From: Fibrobacterales bacterium
GTDB lineage: Bacteria > Fibrobacterota > Fibrobacteria > Fibrobacterales > CADBQJ01
NCBI GenBank assembly: GCA_017650365.1
Contig: JAGCEZ010000084.1
Span: forward strand, 38,202-102,201
Length of the DNA: 64,000 bases
Direction: 5' to 3'
Shown here: one piece after another, positions 1 through 8,414 of the stretch
Layout of the letters: the number at the start of each line of letters is the position of its first letter
Numbering within the stretch: the stretch's first letter is position 1
Made by a program: the position numbers and the translations under genes
Notes under the pieces: model-generated
Database searches by the model: none
What the model saw: the letters and a program-made list of their open reading frames with translations, nothing else
What the model was told of the DNA's origin: nothing

Positions 1-2
1 TC

Positions 3-1373
3 GCCGCCGAAGCCGTGGAGAAGAAGTACGTCCACCAGGACAAGCGCATCTTCAACAACGCGAAGATCAGCGACCACCACGCCATCATCCCGACCGAACT
101 CCAGGCCAAGGGGCTGACCGAGGCCGAGCAGAAGATCTACGACATGGTCTGCCAGCGGACGATCGCGGTCTTCTTCCCGCCCGCGGAGTACAGCGTCACC
201 TCGCGCGTCACCGTGGTCGAGGGCGAATCGTTCAAGACCGACGGGAAGATCCTGGTGGTCCCGGGCTGGAAGGCCGTCTACGGCAAGTCCGAGGACCCCG
301 ACTCCATCAAGCCGCTCTCCGGCGACCGCGCGGAGCTCCTCTCCGCCGACGTCCTCGGCGACAGCACCAAGCCCCCGGCGCGCTACACCGAAGCGAGCCT
401 GCTCTCGGCGATGGAAGGCGCGGGCAAGCTCGTGGACGACGAGGAGCTGGCCGAGGCGCTCAAGGACCGCGGCCTGGGCACGCCCGCCACGCGCGCGGCG
501 ATCATCGAAAAGCTCATCTCCGACCGCTACGTCGTGCGCGACGGCCGCGACCTGGTCCCCACGCGCAAGGCGTTCGACCTGCTCGGGCTGATCGGCGCGA
601 TGAAGATCGACTACCTCGGCTCCGCCGAGCTGACCGGCGAGTGGGAGCAGAAGCTCAAGCAGATCGAGCGCGGCGAGCTTTCGCGCGACGAGTTCATGAA
701 GGACATCCGCAGCTCCACCGAGGAGATCGTGGAGCGCATCCGCGGCTTCGACGAGGAGCGGACCCGCAAGGAGGCCTCCTTCAGCCCGGTCAACGGCGAG
801 AAGATCTACGAGTGCGTCGGCCACTACGAGAAGGAGGACGGCTCGTGCCGCGTCCGCAAGATCATCGGCGGGCGCCACTTCTCCGCCGCCGAGATCGCGG
901 AGCTCTACGCCGCGGGCCAGGTCGGCCCGTTCCACGACTTCCGCAGCAAGCGCAACACGCCGTTCAGCGCGGCGATCCAGCTGAAGGACGGGCGGACCGA
1001 GTTCCTCTTCTCGCAGAGCTCGACCGACTCCAAGCTCGACACCAGCTCGCTCGAACCGCTGGGGAACTCCCCCGTGGACGGCTCCCCCGTCTACGAGGAC
1101 ATCCAGGCCTACGTGTCGCAGTCGCACCTCGACGGCTCCCCCAAGGGGCTGCGGATCAACCGCGTCATCCTCGGCAAGCAGCTCTCGCCCGACGACGTCA
1201 GGGCACTGCTCTCCAAGGGGCGCACGGGCCTGATCCAGGGCTTCCGCTCCAACCGCACGCACAAGACGTTCGACGCCACGCTCGTGCTGAACAAGGACGG
1301 GAAGATCGGGTTCGAGTTCCCGCCGCGCAAGTCCGGCTTCCGCCGCGGGGCCAAGAAGGCCGCCGAGTCCTAG
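3..1373 (+). CDS. topB: DNA topoisomerase III, C-terminal part (5' end outside window)
   Basis: The frame is open from the window start. Type IA motifs SDHHAIIPT, PPARYTEASLLSAMEGAG and GLGTPATRAAIIEKL are present, with C-terminal repeats such as GRTGLIQGFRSNRTHKTFDATL. Confidence 0.88.
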   Translation, partial: AAEAVEKKYVHQDKRIFNNAKISDHHAIIPTELQAKGLTEAEQKIYDMVCQRTIAVFFPPAEYSVTSRVTVVEGESFKTDGKILVVPGWKAVYGKSEDPDSIKPLSGDRAELLSADVLGDSTKPPARYTEASLLSAMEGAGKLVDDEELAEALKDRGLGTPATRAAIIEKLISDRYVVRDGRDLVPTRKAFDLLGLIGAMKIDYLGSAELTGEWEQKLKQIERGELSRDEFMKDIRSSTEEIVERIRGFDEERTRKEASFSPVNGEKIYECVGHYEKEDGSCRVRKIIGGRHFSAAEIAELYAAGQVGPFHDFRSKRNTPFSAAIQLKDGRTEFLFSQSSTDSKLDTSSLEPLGNSPVDGSPVYEDIQAYVSQSHLDGSPKGLRINRVILGKQLSPDDVRALLSKGRTGLIQGFRSNRTHKTFDATLVLNKDGKIGFEFPPRKSGFRRGAKKAAES

Positions 1374-1390
1374 ACCGGCGCGGAGGCGGC

Positions 1391-2017
1391 GTGCGCTTTC
1401 CGTTCCTGGACCTCGACGAACCGGGCGAATGGCCCGCCGCCGCGCAGCTCTTCCTTCTCCCGAAGGCGATCGGCTCCGGCTTTTCGTTCGCCTGCCGGTC
1501 GGTCCTGGTCCTGCTTCTGGCGCTCTTCACCGTCCAGACGGTCCGCGGCGGCTACTGGGCCGGGCCCGGCTGGTTTCTGCACAACCTCAACCTGCCGATC
1601 CACGAGGCGGGGCACGTCGTCTTCGGAATCTTCGGGAACGAGCTGCTCACCTCGATGGGCGGCTCGATCCTCCAGGTGCTCATGCCGCTCGTCCTCTGCG
1701 GGTCGCTCTGGCTGGGCCAGCGGGACCTGATCGGCGGCGCGGCCGCGCTCTGGTGGGCGTTCGAGAACGTCGTGGGCGTGGCGCACTACGCCGCCGACGC
1801 CTGGGACATGGTCCTTCCGCTCATCGGCGGCGGCACGGGGCGCGAAGTCGGCGGACACGACTGGAACTTCATCCTCGACGAGCTGGGGCTGCTGCACCGC
1901 TGGCGCGAAATCTCGGACGCCATGTACGCCGTCGGCTACGCGGGAATGTGCCTCGCCGTGCTCTGGGGCGCCTGGGCGCTCTGGTACTGGTGGTTCCACC
2001 AGCGCGGAAAGGAATAG
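1391..2017 (+). CDS. Membrane protein with HEAGH motif (M50-like zinc metallopeptidase candidate)
   Basis: GTG start at 1391 within the 641..2017 ORF. Several hydrophobic helices, LPIHEAGH and GGHDWNFIL motifs. Confidence 0.65.
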   Translation: MRFPFLDLDEPGEWPAAAQLFLLPKAIGSGFSFACRSVLVLLLALFTVQTVRGGYWAGPGWFLHNLNLPIHEAGHVVFGIFGNELLTSMGGSILQVLMPLVLCGSLWLGQRDLIGGAAALWWAFENVVGVAHYAADAWDMVLPLIGGGTGREVGGHDWNFILDELGLLHRWREISDAMYAVGYAGMCLAVLWGAWALWYWWFHQRGKE

Positions 2018-2038
2018 CGGCGACGCCCCCGGACGCGA

Positions 2039-2065
2039 AAAGAGGAGAGCCGCGCTCTCCTCTTT
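2039..2065. terminator. Bidirectional hairpin terminator; copy 1 of a 28-bp direct repeat (2040-2067)
   Basis: AAAGAGGAGAGC-CGC-GCTCTCCTCTTT, a perfect 12-bp stem between convergent genes. Confidence 0.8.
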
Positions 2066-2091
2066 CGTATGCGGATTCCAGAACTGCGCGC

Positions 2092-3072
2092 CTATTTGCC
2101 CGCGCCTTCCCAATAGAGACTGGTCGAGACGTCGCCCACGCGGACGGCCAGGAAGCCCGGCGCGAAGGCAGACAGATCCAGCCAGCGCTCGCCCGGAAGG
2201 AGCGGCGACCGGCGGAGGATTTTGCCGTCCACGGAACTCACCTCCAGCATGCCCGCCTTGGCGATGTCCATTTTCAGCATCGAGCCGATTCGGGAGAACC
2301 TCGTCGTCCCCGCGACGCGCGGAGCGGAATCCACGGAAGCGTCGCCCTCCTTCGGGAACGGCCGCACGTTCACCGAACCCGCCGTGTCGCGCAACGCCTG
2401 CAGGTCCATGCAAACGCCATTCCGCCGCAGCACCGAATCCTTGTGGCAAAGCAGCACCGAATCGCCAGATTCGACATAGGTCCATTCAATATCGGCGGCA
2501 TAGCAAATCGAATCGCAATAAAAGCGAACCAAATCTCCCTTTTCCTGAGGAACTTTCACGTACTGCCCGTACCGCCCCGGCGTAGCCAAAGAATCGTAGG
2601 CGTATTTCCCAAAAAAGAAACCTGCCAAGGTATCCTCGCGCACCATCAACGAGTTCTTGAAAACTTCAATGGGAAGCACCGAAAAAACGCGATCCGTTCC
2701 ATTACAAACGCTTAGCCATGAAGAATGTACCTGCACGCCAAGATGTTCTCGCATATAGTCCACGATGATTGCCGAATCGCAGACTGTCATCAGCGTATCG
2801 TCAATCATTCCGATGATGTCTGTTTCGTATTCACCGCGCAATAGCAAATCCGAGACAGCCAACGTGTCAAAGCTGCAATAGCGAACGAATCTTCCGTCGA
2901 GGAACTCGAACCCCCGGCGAATGACATACTCTCCCGGGACATAATCGATATAGTCCGAAATGCCAGGCCGTCCCCAACTGCAAAATGTGAGCGGCGGGTC
3001 CGTGTTCGCATCGGCTTGGTTCACAAACGCGAACAACGCGAACAACGTGACGAAAATCGACGACTTTTTCAT
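2092..3072 (-). CDS. Secreted hypothetical protein with several Cys and a C-terminal sorting-like domain
   Basis: Signal peptide MKKSSIFVTLFALFAFVNQADA. The C-terminal ~70 aa (LEVSSVDGKILRR...LAPGF-like) resemble T9SS-type tails. The ATG overlaps the upstream stop (ATGA). Confidence 0.7.
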   Translation of the reverse strand: MKKSSIFVTLFALFAFVNQADANTDPPLTFCSWGRPGISDYIDYVPGEYVIRRGFEFLDGRFVRYCSFDTLAVSDLLLRGEYETDIIGMIDDTLMTVCDSAIIVDYMREHLGVQVHSSWLSVCNGTDRVFSVLPIEVFKNSLMVREDTLAGFFFGKYAYDSLATPGRYGQYVKVPQEKGDLVRFYCDSICYAADIEWTYVESGDSVLLCHKDSVLRRNGVCMDLQALRDTAGSVNVRPFPKEGDASVDSAPRVAGTTRFSRIGSMLKMDIAKAGMLEVSSVDGKILRRSPLLPGERWLDLSAFAPGFLAVRVGDVSTSLYWEGAGK

Positions 3073-6000
3073 TGCACACCCCCCATCGCCCACCATTCCG
3101 GAGCAACGCCGTGGACAAGATTTCCGTTTCCATCCGTGACGACCACGGAATCAGTTTCGACGAATGTCACGGACTTCGGATTCGACCAGTCGTCCAGGAC
3201 GTTCAGCGTTTCGTAGTTCGTTCCTCTTAAATGTAGCTGATTCTCCACCCCCTCGGGCATGATCGTGCCCGGTGCGAGATTGGCGGCCAACGGCATCCGC
3301 AACTCGTAGCGCCCCTCGCCATGGTCCACGATCTGAGGATCGAAATCCGGAGTGTAGTAGTCCAGCAGATAGGGCGTTGCCTCGGGCATCGTGAAGAAAT
3401 AGTGCAACGTCGCGCCTTCAAGCGGCGTTTCGCCGACGTTCTCCACCTTGAAGCTCAACACGGAAATCTGCGGATGGCCGAAATGGTGGTCTCGCACCGA
3501 CACCTTCAATTTCGGCAGAACAGGATCGGTCGCCGAAGTATCGCCGTTTTCGACCTCGCCGAGGACCGCGAAGTGGAACAGCGAGCTTTCCCCCATGAAC
3601 TCGTCGGGTTCCGCTTTCCTGGTCGCCCCGCCCTCGATGCCGACCCAATGCGCCTCCGGAGGCAGACTGTCGACGACGACCTCCACGCGGAACGGTCCGC
3701 TGGTCTTGTAGCCGCTCCACTGGAGGACATACCTGCCGTCGCCCGCATAATCATCGCCATTCACGCCGTCATCGCGCAGAAGGACCGTGTCGCACCTCGA
3801 TTCCGGCCGGTAAATGTCGCAGATCTCGGCTCGCGGCGAAACACCCGCCAGCAGTTCGGCGGCTCCGATTTCATAATGCAGCAGCAACGTCTCGCCAGGC
3901 AGAAGATTGGCCCTCCCCGGCGGAGCGTATAGTCTGCTCAACGCCGTTGTATTCCCGGACGCCAAGACGGTGTTTTTTCCGGCCCACCCCAAACTAGTGA
4001 ACTGTCGCGCCAAAGCCGCCTGCCGTTGCACAAGATCGGCGCAACTCGCGGTATCCATCTTGGCGAACCACAGTGACGAATCATTTCCCAATCCGTAGGA
4101 AGAAGTCGACACTTGGACAATATGGGAATGATTCTGATCAATCCCGTAGCTGAGCCAGAACCCAAAATCGTCGACGTTTCCGCCGATTTGATGAATTCCC
4201 ACCCATGCCGCCGAGCATTCTTCGAGCATCTTTGCGGACAACTGCGGCACAGCGGTCGTTCCCGCGAAAAACAGCCGCGTCCCAGTATTTGTCCCAGTAA
4301 CCCTCCAAGTCCTTAAGCCCAACACGTTGGAGAGGAACATGACGAGGTTATCCGGTTCGGTTTCCGGTCTGTCAACGATATCGTAGGCGGAGGAACCTAT
4401 CGACATGTAGATGAGCCGGGAGCCTTGGAACGTCTCCGGAAGTTGTCCTGCGGAATCCAGGAAATTCTCCACGTGCAGTCTGATTCCGGCATTTTCCATC
4501 TCCGCGCCGTAGATCTCCTGCCACGACACGAATCCCATTGCATGCAGATGCCCGCTCGTCAAAAACACCAAGTGTTTTCTTTCCGTTGCCGGACGATTTT
4601 TCAGCACGTCTATGCCATAAGTGCCGAGATCGAGATCCATGAAATCGCACGGCCGGAAAAGTTCTTGGCTCTCGCAATCGTTTCCTTCGAACTTCAGGTT
4701 TCCAAGCACGGCCAAGATGGAATCGGCGACGTCCGTAGCGGGGCCGATTGGAACGCTCACATGGTTGTTTCCTCTCGACGCCACGGCTTCCAGCCCGATG
4801 TTGATTCCGGGGACGTTCTTCGCGAACAGCGTGGCCACTTCCAAGGCGCGAATCATCTTCTGTTGCACTTCCTCGGACGCCCACTTGGACAGGTCTACGA
4901 GGAAAAGAACCGTTTTGGCGAACGAGAGCGACGAAGTGTCCGCGTTCCAAAGCGACCAATCGAGTTCAAGGAAAGCCCTCATGATGTCGGCGGATGTCGA
5001 GTCCATCTTCACGTAGCGATTGCCACGCGTGTCGAAGTCATTCGCGGTCGGCGCGACGGACGCAAGTTCCGGCCATCTGTAATCCGGCTTGGAAATTTTA
5101 CCCCATGCCGACTCGGCCAGTTCGTATCTCCGTTTCACCTTCACTCCACCATATTCGCCGTAGAAAGTCCGCGGAGTGCAATGGCCAATCGCCGAGGCAT
5201 TCGCCCCCTCCTCGCAATGCATGTAGTCCGTGGAAAGATTCGCATAACGCATGGCGCCCGCGTCGCCGAAAAGGGTCACCCATTGATGGTACATCAAAGA
5301 CGGCGCCTCCGACATGGCCCGGTCAAGGACTTTGGCCGCGGAATCAATGTTGTCAAATGCATTCCACGCCTCTCTTAAAATTGTCACATTCGGATCGTTC
5401 AGTCTCCATTCGCTTCCCATGACCGGCGTGCTGATAGGCTTGTCGGGATCGACGAGCAAATTGCGAAAACGCTCCGGATTGACAATCGTATAGCCGTCTT
5501 CGAATGTGTATTCATCTCCTAGACCAAGCGTGTAATGACCCCACTCGTGGGCCAGCGTGGCCGCGATAGCGGTTGGTGTGAACAGCTTGTTGCCATCGTA
5601 TCTATCGCGATGGACAAGCAGAATAGCGCCACCTGTGCCGTCTGCATTTTTCCAATCGTTTGTGCCCGCAGAAGAATTGCCGCCAAGTCTTCCATATCCG
5701 TCCGGCGTGGAACAGCTTCCAAGCAGGCCGCATCCGTGATTGCTCGCCCACAGCACATCCACGTATGCGTTATCCACGAAATCCCTCACAAAATGGACTT
5801 TGCCGAGAAGATGCTTGCCGTTGGTCGCCTCGTACAGGTAATCGGCGAACTTGCGGAACGTCTCTTCGATGTAAATCTGGTAGCAGACGCCGGTGGGATG
5901 CCAGGAAACGTCCAATTCGCGCCCCCTTTCGAGCTGCGAATTGCATGTGTACGCCATCGCCGGTCTGGCGATTTCCGGGATGCTGTTTGGAGAACCCAGT

Positions 6001-6167
6001 CCGTCCACGTCGGCCGAGTCGATGCGCACGAGGATGTCGAACACCCGCACAGAGTCGCCTGTAATCGGGTGAATGACCATATCATCCCGCTGGAACGGAT
6101 TTTGCGCCGCATGAACGTACGCAAACAGAAAGAACAAAAAGAGGATGAGCCCGAAACGATTTTTCAT
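3069..6167 (-). CDS. Secreted CLCA-like zinc metalloprotease: CLCA_N-like + vWA-like + choice-of-anchor-X-like + C-terminal CBM3-like domain
   Basis: Signal peptide; FRKFADYLYEATNGKHLLGKVHF; HEWGHYTLGLGDEY; TVLFLVDLS; LLRDDGVNGDDYAGDGRY; FKVENVGETPLEGATLHYFFT...DDWSN...GNLVHGVAP. Confidence 0.78.
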   Translation of the reverse strand: MKNRFGLILFLFFLFAYVHAAQNPFQRDDMVIHPITGDSVRVFDILVRIDSADVDGLGSPNSIPEIARPAMAYTCNSQLERGRELDVSWHPTGVCYQIYIEETFRKFADYLYEATNGKHLLGKVHFVRDFVDNAYVDVLWASNHGCGLLGSCSTPDGYGRLGGNSSAGTNDWKNADGTGGAILLVHRDRYDGNKLFTPTAIAATLAHEWGHYTLGLGDEYTFEDGYTIVNPERFRNLLVDPDKPISTPVMGSEWRLNDPNVTILREAWNAFDNIDSAAKVLDRAMSEAPSLMYHQWVTLFGDAGAMRYANLSTDYMHCEEGANASAIGHCTPRTFYGEYGGVKVKRRYELAESAWGKISKPDYRWPELASVAPTANDFDTRGNRYVKMDSTSADIMRAFLELDWSLWNADTSSLSFAKTVLFLVDLSKWASEEVQQKMIRALEVATLFAKNVPGINIGLEAVASRGNNHVSVPIGPATDVADSILAVLGNLKFEGNDCESQELFRPCDFMDLDLGTYGIDVLKNRPATERKHLVFLTSGHLHAMGFVSWQEIYGAEMENAGIRLHVENFLDSAGQLPETFQGSRLIYMSIGSSAYDIVDRPETEPDNLVMFLSNVLGLRTWRVTGTNTGTRLFFAGTTAVPQLSAKMLEECSAAWVGIHQIGGNVDDFGFWLSYGIDQNHSHIVQVSTSSYGLGNDSSLWFAKMDTASCADLVQRQAALARQFTSLGWAGKNTVLASGNTTALSRLYAPPGRANLLPGETLLLHYEIGAAELLAGVSPRAEICDIYRPESRCDTVLLRDDGVNGDDYAGDGRYVLQWSGYKTSGPFRVEVVVDSLPPEAHWVGIEGGATRKAEPDEFMGESSLFHFAVLGEVENGDTSATDPVLPKLKVSVRDHHFGHPQISVLSFKVENVGETPLEGATLHYFFTMPEATPYLLDYYTPDFDPQIVDHGEGRYELRMPLAANLAPGTIMPEGVENQLHLRGTNYETLNVLDDWSNPKSVTFVETDSVVVTDGNGNLVHGVAPEWWAMGGVQ

Positions 6168-6176
6168 AGCGGCGCG

Positions 6177-6206
6177 ATTGTAAAAAAAAAAACGCAAAGA
6201 CGTCAA
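6177..6206 (-). promoter_or_regulatory. Putative sigma70 promoter TTGACG-N18-TACAAT with a T11 homopolymer in the spacer
   Basis: On the minus strand: TTGACG at 6206-6201, T11 at 6192-6182, TACAAT at 6182-6177, ATG at 6167. Confidence 0.55.
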
Positions 6207-6227
6207 GGTTCCAAAGACGGCTTTGAC

Positions 6228-6263
6228 AAAAAAAGAAGAGGAGAGCGGCGCTCTCCTCTTTCG
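6228..6263. terminator. Hairpin terminator of the chitinase gene; copy 2 of the 28-bp direct repeat (6236-6263)
   Basis: AAGAGGAGAGC-GGC-GCTCTCCTCTT, with an A-tract that forms the U-tail on the minus strand. Confidence 0.8.
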
Positions 6264-6280
6264 ACGTTCTTGCGCGGACG

Positions 6281-7495
6281 TTATTGCGCGGCGGCGGGCG
6301 CTTCAGCTGCGGGCGCTTCCGGAGCGGGAGCCTCGGTCGCGGACGCGGCTTCCGGTGCGGGCGTTTCCGCAGGAGCGGCTTCCTGCGCGGGCGCGACTTC
6401 CGGAGCGGGAGCTTCGGCAGCGGGCGCGGGTTCCGCGGCGGCTTCAGGAGCCGCGGGAGCGGGAGCCTCTTCGGCCGCGGGAACGTCCGCGCAGTTGGCG
6501 CGTTCCTTCGCGGCGTCGAACTCGGTGCGCAGGACGTTCAGCAGGGAACGGTCCGACTTGGCGTCCAGGTCCTGGCCGACGTGCCAGATCATCAGGCCGC
6601 GGTAGCAGTTCGAAACCGTGTAGGAGACCTTGCGGCGGACCGAGGTGATGCCGTTGAAGTTGTAGCCGCCGATTTCGTTCGCGTCGGGCGCGGGCGCGAA
6701 CCGTTCCGACACGTCCGCCCACGAGAGCCAGTCGCCCCAGTTGGCGTTGCTGCGCGCGTAGAAGGGAATCCCGAAGACGAGCTTGCTCTTGGGCGCGTAG
6801 TCGTCCCAGGCGTCGAGGAATTCCAGCAGCGAATCGGGCGCGTGCGGTTCGGGAACCGGCACGTTCTCCGGCGCCCAGCCCCAGTCGTACGACATGATCA
6901 TCAGCAGGTCCATCGCCTTGAAGAAGCGCGGGTCGAACTCCGAGGGCTTGTGGCCCAGGCCGATGGCCGAGGTGAGGAGGCGGTCGCCGATGGCGGCCTT
7001 GAGCTCTTCGGCGAGCGTGGCGTAGTTCGCCATCTCCTCGGGCTTGGGGTATTCCCAGTCCACGTCGAACCCGTCGAAGCCGTTGTCGTCGAGGAACTTC
7101 TTCACGTTGGCGACGAACTTCGCGCGCGTCTCGGGCGAGGCGACCACGGCGGAGAACCCGCCCGAGCGGCCCCAGCCGCCGATGCTGACCAGCGCCTTGA
7201 CGCCGGCGGCGTGGGCGGCCTTCACCAGCTGCGGATAGTCCTTGGTGACGGAGGTGTCGACGAGCGAACCGTCGTCGTTCACCTGGAGGCTGAAGGCGAC
7301 GACGTGGGTCAGTTTCGAGAGCTGTTCGGGAGTCGGGACGCCTTCGGGCGCGTAGCCGAGGAGAACCAGGCCGGTGTCCGGGGCCGCGGGAGCGGGGGCG
7401 GGCGCGGCCGAGTCCGCGGGCTTCGGATTGCCCGCGCACGAAACCAGGAGCAGCGAGACCAGAGAACCGGCAAACAGCGTTTTCGTCATTCGCAT
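6281..7495 (-). CDS. GH18 chitinase-like lipoprotein with Ala/Pro/Glu-rich C-terminal tail
   Basis: Lipobox LLLVSC; ALVSIGGWG; intact catalytic DGFDVDWEYP (DxxDxDxE); MSYD; APAAE-like repeats. Start at 7495 or 7489. Confidence 0.88.
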   Translation of the reverse strand: MRMTKTLFAGSLVSLLLVSCAGNPKPADSAAPAPAPAAPDTGLVLLGYAPEGVPTPEQLSKLTHVVAFSLQVNDDGSLVDTSVTKDYPQLVKAAHAAGVKALVSIGGWGRSGGFSAVVASPETRAKFVANVKKFLDDNGFDGFDVDWEYPKPEEMANYATLAEELKAAIGDRLLTSAIGLGHKPSEFDPRFFKAMDLLMIMSYDWGWAPENVPVPEPHAPDSLLEFLDAWDDYAPKSKLVFGIPFYARSNANWGDWLSWADVSERFAPAPDANEIGGYNFNGITSVRRKVSYTVSNCYRGLMIWHVGQDLDAKSDRSLLNVLRTEFDAAKERANCADVPAAEEAPAPAAPEAAAEPAPAAEAPAPEVAPAQEAAPAETPAPEAASATEAPAPEAPAAEAPAAAQ

Positions 7496-7545
7496 AACGT
7501 CTCTCCGCGGAACTTCCTCCCGAAGTCCCGCAATTTTCCCGAAAT

Positions 7546-8403
7546 CTAGATTTTCGCGCTCGCCGCAAGGGCTTCCAGGGCGTCCACGGCCGCGATTTTC
7601 GGCTCGACGCCCGGACGCGCCTCGTAGGCGAAGCTGAGGCCGCTGGAGCTGTTCAGCAGGTGGAAGGCCCGTTTGGAGCCCCCGTTCCGGATGGCGCGCA
7701 TGGCCGAATCGGCCGTTCCGCCCTGCTGTCCGGCCACGCCGGGGACGCCGACGCCGGGGATCAGGAAGGGGATCTCGTGGCCGCGGGAGGCGAAAAACGC
7801 CGTGATTTTCTCCATTTCCGCCAGATTGGTCGCCCCGACCACCGCGCCGAGGGAGCCGTTGTCCCACTCGACCAGCTTTTCCGCGGTCGCCTGCCAGAAG
7901 GGGGCGCCGTCCTCGCGGCGCTGGTCCTGCAGGTCCGCCGCGCCGGGGTTCGAGGTGCGCAGGAGCGCGTAGACGCCGCGCTCTTCGGAGAACTTGAGGA
8001 AGGGGCCGACCGAGTCGCCGCCCATGTAGGGGCTGACCGTCACCGAGTCGGCGCCCATCACGCCGAAGGCCGCCTGGGCGTAGGCCGCGCTGCTCTTGCC
8101 GATGTCGCCGCGCTTGGCGTCGAGCACCACGACGATGCCGCGGGCGCGCGCCTCGGCGACCAGGTCGCGCAGGACGAACATCGCCTCGAGCGAGATCTGC
8201 TCGTAGTAGGCCGAGTTGGGCTTGACGGCGGCCGGATAGACGTTCCGGCGGTCCATCTCCTCGAAGATGGAGAGATAGAAGGAGCGGACGGTCTCCTCGG
8301 GCGTGGAGGCCGCGGGCATCCGCTTGAGGACGGGGTCCATGCCGAAGCAGATGGGGTTGCCGGCCTGGGCGACGCGGCGTTCCAGTCGTTCCGAAAACGT
8401 CAT
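7546..8403 (-). CDS. pyrF: Orotidine 5'-phosphate decarboxylase (subfamily 2)
   Basis: ICFGMDP, AVKPNSAYYE, VLDAKRGDIGKSSAAYA, TVSPYMGGDS, RTSNPGAADLQ, GAVVGAT, NSSSG. Confidence 0.93.
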   Translation of the reverse strand: MTFSERLERRVAQAGNPICFGMDPVLKRMPAASTPEETVRSFYLSIFEEMDRRNVYPAAVKPNSAYYEQISLEAMFVLRDLVAEARARGIVVVLDAKRGDIGKSSAAYAQAAFGVMGADSVTVSPYMGGDSVGPFLKFSEERGVYALLRTSNPGAADLQDQRREDGAPFWQATAEKLVEWDNGSLGAVVGATNLAEMEKITAFFASRGHEIPFLIPGVGVPGVAGQQGGTADSAMRAIRNGGSKRAFHLLNSSSGLSFAYEARPGVEPKIAAVDALEALAASAKI

Positions 8404-8414
8404 CGCGGACCTCC

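Larger units (their letters stand above)
2040..6263. mobile_element. AT-richer two-gene cassette bracketed by 28-bp direct repeats (putative horizontally acquired insert)
   Basis: Codon and base composition visibly differ from the flanks. Repeats lie at 2040-2067 and 6236-6263. No integrase or transposase inside. Confidence 0.5.
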
